Shown here: piece after piece, positions 56,565 through 64,000 of the stretch | Layout: every line of letters begins with the position of its first letter | How positions within the stretch are numbered: position 1 is the stretch's first letter | Program-made: the position numbers and the translations under genes | Source: Candidatus Calditenuis fumarioli | GTDB taxonomy: Archaea; Thermoproteota; Nitrososphaeria_A; Caldarchaeales; Calditenuaceae | Length of the DNA stretch: 64,000 nt | Direction: 5' to 3' | Assembly (NCBI GenBank): GCA_030059665.1 | Contig: JANVYR010000002.1 | Location: forward strand, 160,001-224,000 | Notes under the pieces: generated by a model | Told to the model about the DNA's origin: nothing | Seen by the model: only the letters and a program-made list of their open reading frames with translations | Databases searched by the model: none

Positions 56565-57596
56565 GTCGCGTTCGGCGTCAGCTCGCTCGAGCTGGTTCCG
56601 AGGTTCATGTCGGTCGTCAACGGCCTCTCCGCGCTGGTATCGCTCTCCCCCACGCTCTCGGGTGCCCTCGGTGCCGTCAGGGCAGGGTTCGCGGCGCTCT
56701 ACGCATCGATGGGCCCGGTCGGTTTAGCGCTGCTCGGCATCGGCACAGCCGCAGCGCTCATCGCGGCCAACTGGGAGAGTATCGAGCCACTCTTCGGACA
56801 GGTCGCCTCAACGGTCCAGTCGGCCCTCTCGCCGGCGCTGGACTGGTTGAGGGTTATGTCCTCGAGTCCCCTGGCGTCGCTGCTCGGCAACGTCCTCTCG
56901 TGGGCCCTCGGATACGTCGTGGAGCTGGTTCGGAGCTGGCACGCCGCGACCGCAGGGCTGGGAGATGCGCTCACCTGGTTCTGGAACGAGGTCCTCGTCC
57001 CCCTGCTGACCTACATCGCGGGCCAGGTCATCGGGACGTTCGACCTGGTCTCGAGGGCCGTCGGTTTCCTCGAGGCGGTGTGGCGTTCCCTCGGACGCGC
57101 GATCGAGGCGGTCTGGAAAAACGTCATAGTGCCTCTGGTCGAGTACCTGGTAGGTCAGGTGCTGGGGACGCTGAACGCGGTCTCCGAGGGCGCGAGGACG
57201 ATGGCCGAGGTCCTGACGGGTGCCTTCAGGGCGATCTACGACGCCGCGGTCTCCTTCCTCGGGCCCGTCCTCGACCTAGTGAGGTCCATCGTCTCCGGCA
57301 TCCAGGAGGCCTTCTCTTGGCTCCAGCGCCAGCTCGTGGGAGGCTCGATCGTCCCTGAGACGTGGGAGGGCGTGGTCTCCTGGACCGAGTGGGGCGTCTC
57401 GGAGGTGGCGTCCAGCGTGGACCGGTTGGTCAGGGCCCTCGAGGGGGTTGGCGGCACACCGGCGCCGTCAGTGAGGAGCCTCTCGGTGAACGTCACGCTC
57501 CACGTCAGAGCGCCCGCGCAGGGAGGATACGGCTGGGAGGGGCTGGCCGAGGCGGTGAGCAGGGAGATCCTCCGGCGCCTGCGGCAGCACCTGTGA
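56565..57596 (+). pseudogene. Phage tail tape-measure-like C-terminal fragment
   Basis: MGPVGLALLGIGTAAALIAANWESI, W/F-spaced amphipathic repeats, C-terminal V.V.LHV strand; the protein-like frame is open upstream of the ATG at 56607. Confidence 0.6.
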
Positions 57597-57636
57597 CCCA
57601 CAGGTTTTTTGGTCCGACCTCGGATTCGATAGCGGC

Positions 57637-58239
57637 TTGAGCGGCGAGCTGATCAGGTGCTTCGTGGCGATCGACGTCTTCACACCGGAGATCGTCAGGA
57701 CCGTGACGGGTCTCGGGAGGGAGCTGGAGGAGGCGGGGCTTGTGGGGAAGGTCGTGGACCCCGAATCGCTGCACATCACGCTCCAGTTCCTCGGGGAGAT
57801 AGGGAAGGACCTCGTTGAGCGGGTGAAGGAGGAGCTCTCCCGGATCGAGTTCAGGCCTTTCCCGATCAGGCTGGAGGGGGTCGGCTACTTCCCGGGCGGT
57901 GGGAGGATAAACGTCGTCTGGATCGGCGTCCGGGACCCTTCGGGCGAGCTCCACAGGCTCCAGGGCGAGGTCTCCAGTAGGCTCGGCGCTCTGGGGCTGA
58001 GGCCCGACAAGGAGTTCAGGCCCCACATCACCTTCTTCAGGGTCAAGTCGGTCCGGAACAAGCCGCAGGTCCTCGAGGCGATAACGCGTAGGGCGAACTT
58101 CGAGGTCGGCGAGCTCACGGTCGACCGCTTCAAGCTGAAGAGGAGCGTTCTGAGGCCCGAGGGGCCGCTGTACAGCGACCTCCTCGTGGTCAGGGCCAAC
58201 AGGGGCGAGGAGACTTCAGGCCCGGGACTCACAGGCTGA
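57637..58239 (+). CDS. thpR: RNA 2',3'-cyclic phosphodiesterase / 2'-5' RNA ligase (2H family)
   Basis: Two HxT motifs (HITL, HITF). Confidence 0.9.
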   Translation: MSGELIRCFVAIDVFTPEIVRTVTGLGRELEEAGLVGKVVDPESLHITLQFLGEIGKDLVERVKEELSRIEFRPFPIRLEGVGYFPGGGRINVVWIGVRDPSGELHRLQGEVSSRLGALGLRPDKEFRPHITFFRVKSVRNKPQVLEAITRRANFEVGELTVDRFKLKRSVLRPEGPLYSDLLVVRANRGEETSGPGLTG

Positions 58240-60334
58240 CCCGGTAGAGGGTCATCGAGTTCAGCGTCACCGAGATGGAGCTCATGGCCATAGCAACCGC
58301 CGAGAAGACGGGGTTCAGCAGCACCCCGAACGGGTAGAGGATGCCGGCGGCTATCGGTATGAGGGCCACGTTGTACGCGAAGGCCCAGAAGAGGTTCTGC
58401 TTGATCTTCGCGGTGGTGACCTTGCTCAGCTCTATCGCCCTGACCACGTCCCTCAGGTCGTTCCTGAGCAGGACGATGCTCCCCGCCTGCTTCGCGATGT
58501 CCGTGCCGGAGCCTATTGCTATCCCCACGTCGGCGGCCGTCAGGGCAGGAGCGTCGTTGATGCCGTCCCCCACCATCGCAACCACCTCACCCCTCTCCCT
58601 CAATTCCCTCACAACTTCCGCCTTCTCCTCGGGCATGAGGGAGGCCCTGAACCCGTCGACCCCGACCTCCTCGGCGATCGCCCTCGCGGTCACCTCGTTG
58701 TCGCCCGTCAACATGACCGTCCTGATCCCGCGCCTCCTCAGCTCCGAGATCACCTCCCTCGCCTCCTCCCGCGGCCTGTCCATGAGGGCAACAACTCCCG
58801 CCAGAACCCCGTCGACGGCCACCAGGACCGTCGTCATGCCAGATCCCTGGAGCTCCAGCACCGGATCGAGGAGCTGGCCGTCACCGATCTGCGAGGCGGA
58901 GCCGCTGACCGACGAGGGTTTTCCGACGAGGACCCTCCTCCCTTCCACCTCAGCCTCCACCCCCACACCGGGCCTCGTGACCGCGTTCCTCGGCTCGGCC
59001 ACCTCTATCCCCGACCTCCTGGCGTGGTCGAGTATCGCCGATGCTATGGGGTGGTTCGAGGAGCGCTCGGCCGAGGCGGCGTAGAAGAGCACGTCCCGCT
59101 CGGTGAAGCCGTTGAAGGCGATCACCCTCACCACCTCGGGCCTGCCGCGAGTGATGGTTCCGGTCTTGTCGAGGGCCACCGTGGTAACCCTCCTCAGGAG
59201 GTCCAGGGCCTCGCCGGACCTGATCAGTATCCCCCGCCTCGCGGCCCTCCCCGCGCTTATCATGATGGCTGCTGGTGTGGCGATCCCGAGGGCGCAGGGA
59301 CACGCTATGATCAGGACTGAGACCGCGATCAGCACGGCGAAGCTCGCAGGCATACCCATCGCGAGACTCCAGAAGAGGGAGGCTCCCAACGCGACCGAGA
59401 CTACCACCGGCACGAAGACCGATGCCACTTTATCCGCGAGCCTCTGGAGCGGGACCCTCGAGAGTATCGCCTCCTGAACCGTTCGGATCACCTGGGAGAA
59501 CGTGGTCTCGTGACCGGTCCTGACGGCCCTCACCTTGATCAGTCCCGTTAGGTTGACGGTGCCCGCGATCACCTCGTCGCCGACCGACTTCTCGACGGGG
59601 ACGCTCTCCCCTGTCATGGCCGACTGGTCTACGCTGGTGAAGCCCTCCTCCACCACGCCGTCAACTGGGATCCTCTCTCCGGGCCTGACCAGCACCAGCT
59701 CCCCCGGCTGCACCTCCTCCGCGGGGACCTCGACCTCCTCTCCGTCCCTGATCACCGTCGCCTTGTCCGGGTGCATCTCGTAGAGGGACCTCACCGCCTC
59801 CTCTGCCCTGACCCTGACGGTGTGCTCGAGCGTCCTGCCCAGTAGTATGAGGCCGATGATCAGGGTCGACTCCATGAAGTAGTAACGGTGCGGGCCGGGC
59901 GGCGCCGGTATCAGGACAGGGACGATGCCGAGGTCCTGCAGGACGAGGAGCGCGCTGTAGGCCCAGGCGGTCGTGGTGCCTATGGCTATGAGGCTGTCCA
60001 TGTTGGCCTGTCTCGCCCTGATCGCGTCGATCAGCCCCCTGTAGAAGCGGAGGCCGGCCGTGAACTGGACCGCCGTGGCGAGCGCCATCAGCAGCAGGCC
60101 GCTGGGGTGGAGTCCCAGGAGGACCGGGAGGAGGAACTCGGAGACGGTGATGATGGCACCGGCGGCGAGCGCGAAGGCCACGAGGTACCTGAGCCTCCTC
60201 AGCTCGATCTCAGGTTGCATGAACTGGAGCATGCACGATTGGCTGCAGAAGTAGTAGAGGACGCCGTTTCTGGAGACCTTGAACTCGGCCGTCGACTCGT
60301 CCACGTACATGCCGCAGACTACGTCCCTCGCCAT
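58229..60334 (-). CDS. copA: Cu(I)-type P1B ATPase with N-terminal YHS/TRASH domain
   Basis: DVVCGM…[37 protein letters not shown] and MAMSS. Confidence 0.92.
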   Translation of the reverse strand: MARDVVCGMYVDESTAEFKVSRNGVLYYFCSQSCMLQFMQPEIELRRLRYLVAFALAAGAIITVSEFLLPVLLGLHPSGLLLMALATAVQFTAGLRFYRGLIDAIRARQANMDSLIAIGTTTAWAYSALLVLQDLGIVPVLIPAPPGPHRYYFMESTLIIGLILLGRTLEHTVRVRAEEAVRSLYEMHPDKATVIRDGEEVEVPAEEVQPGELVLVRPGERIPVDGVVEEGFTSVDQSAMTGESVPVEKSVGDEVIAGTVNLTGLIKVRAVRTGHETTFSQVIRTVQEAILSRVPLQRLADKVASVFVPVVVSVALGASLFWSLAMGMPASFAVLIAVSVLIIACPCALGIATPAAIMISAGRAARRGILIRSGEALDLLRRVTTVALDKTGTITRGRPEVVRVIAFNGFTERDVLFYAASAERSSNHPIASAILDHARRSGIEVAEPRNAVTRPGVGVEAEVEGRRVLVGKPSSVSGSASQIGDGQLLDPVLELQGSGMTTVLVAVDGVLAGVVALMDRPREEAREVISELRRRGIRTVMLTGDNEVTARAIAEEVGVDGFRASLMPEEKAEVVRELRERGEVVAMVGDGINDAPALTAADVGIAIGSGTDIAKQAGSIVLLRNDLRDVVRAIELSKVTTAKIKQNLFWAFAYNVALIPIAAGILYPFGVLLNPVFSAVAMAMSSISVTLNSMTLYRVSL

Positions 60335-60374
60335 CCTTCCAGTAGAGTTCCGGTTCCCCTGATATAATTATCGA

Positions 60375-60956
60375 GTGGACAAGGCTTCGTTAGATGCGAT
60401 GGGCCAGGTCAGGTCCCGCGTCGGCGTGAGGCGTCAGGCTGCGGTCACGGCGCTACTCACCGCGCTCTCGTACTCGTTGCTCGCATACCTGCTCACCTAC
60501 CACAGGCCCGATCACGCGGAGAGCCCTCTGCTCGGGGTCCTCCCCCACGCGATAGCGCTCGTCAACGCGGCGGGCGTCGTCTCGCTCCAGCTCGGTTACA
60601 GGGCCATAAGAAGGGGCGACGTGAGGGGACACAGGAACTTCATGGGCCTCAGCTTCGCGCTGATAGCGGCGTTCCTCACGATGTACGTCACGAGGCTCGT
60701 CCTGGGAGGCACGGAGGTCTACCGGGGCCCTCAGGTGATCAGGGACTTCGTCTACCTCCCGGTGCTTGCTGTACACCTGGGCCTCTCGATCGTCTCGGTT
60801 CCTATGGTCCTCTTCAACGTCCTCACGGGTCTTACGATCCCCTACGGCTCGATCGGTGATACCCCCCATCCACGTGTCGGAAAGGCGGCGTACGTCTGCT
60901 GGTCCCTCAGCCTCGCGCTGGGGATAGTCGTGTACGTTTTGCTGAGGTGGACGTGA
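60375..60956 (+). CDS. DUF420-family membrane protein
   Basis: AI++GD...HR..M, FL.MY, and HLGLSI.S.P.V motifs. Confidence 0.75.
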   Translation: MDKASLDAMGQVRSRVGVRRQAAVTALLTALSYSLLAYLLTYHRPDHAESPLLGVLPHAIALVNAAGVVSLQLGYRAIRRGDVRGHRNFMGLSFALIAAFLTMYVTRLVLGGTEVYRGPQVIRDFVYLPVLAVHLGLSIVSVPMVLFNVLTGLTIPYGSIGDTPHPRVGKAAYVCWSLSLALGIVVYVLLRWT

Positions 60957-60969
60957 GCGTTGAGGGCCG

Positions 60970-63486
60970 CTAACCCTTCGCCTCGACGGGCCTGGAGAGC
61001 GCCGCTATCCTCTCCATCATCCTCCTGTTCTCCTCCCTCAGCCTCTCGAGCTCCTCTCTCAGCGCCTTGTACTCGGTTCCCCGCTCCAGCGCCTTCCTCA
61101 CCTTCTCCGCAGCATCCCTCGCGGCCCTCCTCACCATCTCGTACGGGTCCGACTCGGCCATCTGGTTGAGGATGCCGATGACCTGAGGTGTGATCAGCTC
61201 CGCGCAGGCAGCGACCACCGCCCTCCTGACCCTGTAGCTCTCGTCGCGTGAGAGCTCCCTGAGCCTCTCGATCACCTCCCTCCTCCCGGGGAACCTGCCG
61301 AGGAGCGATGCCGCAACGGCCCTTACGTGGCTCGGCCTGTCGTCCTCGGTGTAGCGCATTATGACCCGCAGCGTCTCCTCGTCTCCGATCTCGGCAAGCC
61401 CCCTAAGGCACCCTGCGGTGATCGCGTTGTTGTGCGACGGGTCGTCGATGTGCCTCAGCAGCAGCCCCCTCACCGACTCGCCGCCGACCTTGCCCAGCGA
61501 GCTCGCAGCGGCCTGCCTCGTGTAGTACCCCTCCTTCGGGTCCTCGAGGACGGAGGTGAGGGCCTCGATCACCTCCCTGTCGCCCTTGAAGGCCGAGAGG
61601 GCCTCGCAGATCGCGGTCCGCACCTTCTTGTTGTTGACGGTCCTCAGGGCCTCGAGCAGCTCCCTCCGGGCCGACTCGGTCCTCGCGTTACCGAGGGCCT
61701 TGGCCGCCTCCACCGCGACCCCCCAGAAGGTCTTCGGAGACCTCAGCACCTCTCCAAGCGCCTCCACCGCCCTCTGGCTGCCGCTTTTACCCAGCGCCCT
61801 CGCCGCGAGAACCCTGCAGTACGTGTGCACGTCCTCCTTGAGGATCCTGATCCAGACCTCGTCGCCGAGTTTGCGCTCGATGACCGCGAAGGCCTCGAAC
61901 CTCGGGTCGACGCAGACCCACCTCGGCCTCTCCTCGACCGGGAGGACGAAGACCTCCTCCCTCGACCTCAGCTCGACCCTGAACTCCCTTCTGCCGGAGG
62001 GGAGGTTGACCTCGATCGCGAGCGGCACCCAGTACTCCGGAAGCGAGTCGTCGCCCTGCGTCTGCCTGAACCTGAGCCTGAGGGTTCTGGAGGCCTCGTC
62101 GTACTCCTCCTCCACCGATATCACGGGATGGCCGGCGTTGTAGAGGTACTGCTCGAAGAAGAGCTCGAGGTTCCTGCCGCTCACCTCCTCCAGCACCTTC
62201 CTCAGGTCCTCCGTGTCCGCGGTCCTCCGGGCGAACCTCCTCAGGAACTCGCTGAGGCCCTTCCTGAAGGTCTCGTCGCCGAGGAGGGACCTCAGGGCGT
62301 TCAGCACCAGCGCTCCCTTCGGGTAGGCGTGGGAGTCGAAGAGCTCCGCCGCGTACTTGTAGACCCTCGTGACGATGGGCCTCGCGTACCTCTCCCTGTA
62401 CTCGCTCAGGTAGGAGTCGAGGTCCCTGATCATCTCGTAGACGAACTCGTCCTCGCCCTTGTCGTGGAGCACGAAGAGGTTCTCGAGGTAGGTGGCGAAG
62501 CTCTCGTTCAGCCATATGTGGGGCCAGTCACGGCACGTCACGAGGTCCCCGAACCACTGGTGGACCAGCTCGTGCGCCACCAGCGGGTCGCTCGTGAACT
62601 CCTCGTGCGCCAGCTCGTCGTGCAGGGTCAGGTCCGTGAGCGTGGTGGCCGTTGTGTTCTCCATGCCTCCGAAGATGAACTCGTGCACCACCACCTGCGC
62701 GTACTTCCTGTAGGGGTACGGGTAGCTGAGGTACGAGCTGAGGAAGTCGATCACCTTGGGCGTCTTCGAGAAGCTCAGGTGCGCTTTCTCCCTCCACCCC
62801 CTCGGAACGTAGTACTGGAGCAGGACGCCGTTGTGTCTCTCCTCGATCAGCTCGAACTCGCCGGCGGCCACGCTGATCAGGTACGGCGCGTGCGGAACGT
62901 CCATCAGCCAGTGCCAGACCTCCTCGTCGCCGATCACCTCGTGCCTCACCAGGTCTCCGTTGGAGACCGCGACTAAACCGCGGGGGACGTGGATCACCAG
63001 CTCGGAGGTGTGCTTGACGGATGGGTGGTCGAGCAGCACCATCCAGTACCGGTTGTACTCCGTCTCTCCCTGGCTCCAGCACTGCAACCCCCTCTCCGGG
63101 TTGGCCCTGTCGGGTCCGACGAAGTGGAACCCCTTCCTCGGCGCGGCCCTGTACTCCACCTCTACGACCGGCTCCCTTCCCCTCACCCTCACCGAGAGGA
63201 GCTGGCCGTCGTAGTGCCACTCCGTTTGAGAGCCGTTGGCGGTGACCCGCGAGATCTCCAGCTCGCACGCGTCGAGCCTCACCCATCCATCCCCGTCCTC
63301 GGGCCTGCTCAGCCTGATCTCCTCGCGTCCCCTGATGCTCCTCGAGCGGAAGTCGATCCAGAGCTCCAGCTTCAGGTGCCTGACCGAGAAGCCCCTGTCC
63401 GGCGGGTAAACCGCTGCGTACTCCGGGTAAGCGAAGTCCCTTCCGGGCTTGAGGTAGGGATGGACCTTCAACTCCTTCGGCCGCAC
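60970..63486 (-). CDS. pepN: M1-family aminopeptidase with C-terminal HEAT repeats
   Basis: GGMEN, HELVHQWFGD, WLNESFA and AYPKG, followed by HEAT repeats. The start is placed at GTG 63486. Confidence 0.88.
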   Translation of the reverse strand: MRPKELKVHPYLKPGRDFAYPEYAAVYPPDRGFSVRHLKLELWIDFRSRSIRGREEIRLSRPEDGDGWVRLDACELEISRVTANGSQTEWHYDGQLLSVRVRGREPVVEVEYRAAPRKGFHFVGPDRANPERGLQCWSQGETEYNRYWMVLLDHPSVKHTSELVIHVPRGLVAVSNGDLVRHEVIGDEEVWHWLMDVPHAPYLISVAAGEFELIEERHNGVLLQYYVPRGWREKAHLSFSKTPKVIDFLSSYLSYPYPYRKYAQVVVHEFIFGGMENTTATTLTDLTLHDELAHEEFTSDPLVAHELVHQWFGDLVTCRDWPHIWLNESFATYLENLFVLHDKGEDEFVYEMIRDLDSYLSEYRERYARPIVTRVYKYAAELFDSHAYPKGALVLNALRSLLGDETFRKGLSEFLRRFARRTADTEDLRKVLEEVSGRNLELFFEQYLYNAGHPVISVEEEYDEASRTLRLRFRQTQGDDSLPEYWVPLAIEVNLPSGRREFRVELRSREEVFVLPVEERPRWVCVDPRFEAFAVIERKLGDEVWIRILKEDVHTYCRVLAARALGKSGSQRAVEALGEVLRSPKTFWGVAVEAAKALGNARTESARRELLEALRTVNNKKVRTAICEALSAFKGDREVIEALTSVLEDPKEGYYTRQAAASSLGKVGGESVRGLLLRHIDDPSHNNAITAGCLRGLAEIGDEETLRVIMRYTEDDRPSHVRAVAASLLGRFPGRREVIERLRELSRDESYRVRRAVVAACAELITPQVIGILNQMAESDPYEMVRRAARDAAEKVRKALERGTEYKALREELERLREENRRMMERIAALSRPVEAKG

Positions 63487-63797
63487 ATCATCTCCGGAGT
63501 TGCAAAATACCTTTGCCGCGCGTCCCTCCTCGGAGCCGTTGGTCGAGCGAAGGTCCTGCGGTCGGCAGCAACCGGTTCGCTGCACGTGGACGTCGTTTCC
63601 GGGCTGAGAGGGGTCTCTGCGAAGGGCGGGTCGGTCACGGCTCCAAGCGGAGGGGGTCGGCGACGCGTCGGGCTGGCGTGGTTCCGGAGCGTCCTCGAGC
63701 GACCATAGGTGGGTCATCGGGAGGGATTATGACGGTATTGGGACCCCCTCTCCCCGAGGTGTGGATATAGGTCAGAGGATGATACTGCAGTATCAGG

Positions 63798-64000
63798 TTG
63801 CTGGACGAGCTGGTGACGCTGAGGGTGAGGTTCACGACCGACGTCCAGAGGATCGCCTTCGGAGGGAGGAGACTCGAGGGCATCAGGGCCGGGTCCGTGC
63901 TGGAGGTTCCGGCCTGGGTCGCGGACGTCCTCGGTGAGGCGAGGCTGGCCGAGGTGGTCGATGAGGTCGGGCTCCAGCAGCTCTACCAGCTCCTCGTAAG
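63798..64000 (+). CDS. GINS23-like subunit, 5' part (runs off the window end)
   Basis: LRVRFTTDV…LEVPAWVADVLGEARLAEV resembles the GINS B-domain. The start codon is uncertain. Confidence 0.5.
   Translation, partial: MLDELVTLRVRFTTDVQRIAFGGRRLEGIRAGSVLEVPAWVADVLGEARLAEVVDEVGLQQLYQLLV

Noticed and set aside
56400-57600. Intact provirus
   Set aside because: No integrase, terminase, portal, capsid or att duplication was seen.
63487-63717. N-terminal extension of the M1 aminopeptidase
   Set aside because: It is low-complexity P/R/S sequence occupying the divergent promoter region.
1862-63770. Many long overlapping ORFs (e.g. 5579-6457, 24845-26062, 51570-52712, 54333-55571, 61327-62976)
   Set aside because: These are antisense or shifted shadows of real genes, caused by high GC3. 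They are rich in R/P/G/V/H and lack motifs.
1-64000. CRISPR array or cas genes
   Set aside because: I found no regularly spaced 24-40 bp repeats with unique spacers. The 42-bp-period repeat near 45.7 kb is coding and tandem.

Overview
A GC-rich (~60-65%) archaeal chromosomal segment. The gene content (GGTGA ribosome-binding sites, aEF-1beta, LysX, GatD, cdrS-ftsZ, GINS-like, eukaryote-like E1/E2/JAB) fits a TACK archaeon, most plausibly Caldarchaeales/'Aigarchaeota'; this taxonomy is inference. The left part (1-27 kb) holds housekeeping genes, a 2470-aa surface protein, three modular coiled-coil/PD-(D/E)XK paralogs and a two-intron tRNA-Leu(CAA). The standout is ~27.5-54.1 kb: a type IV pilus/Tad-like locus (secretion ATPase, membrane platform, up to seven pilin-like proteins, a 1482-aa secreted protein, two membrane-anchored Zn-proteases) interleaved with an apparently complete ubiquitin-like cascade. 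That cascade comprises a C4HC3 RING-like protein, a single ORF fusing a GG-terminated Ubl to an E2 (HPNI...C, NPNPEDPL), an Rpn11-like JAB, a UBA3-like E1, and a SAMP/MoaD with a propeptide after GG. One pilin-like gene carries a low-GC passenger with pre-toxin-like motifs. The right end has an unannotated 58-aa Bd0055/face-to-face-type histone, a tape-measure remnant, CopA, an M1 aminopeptidase and a partial GINS-like gene. All family assignments come from motifs read by eye; no database searches were run.
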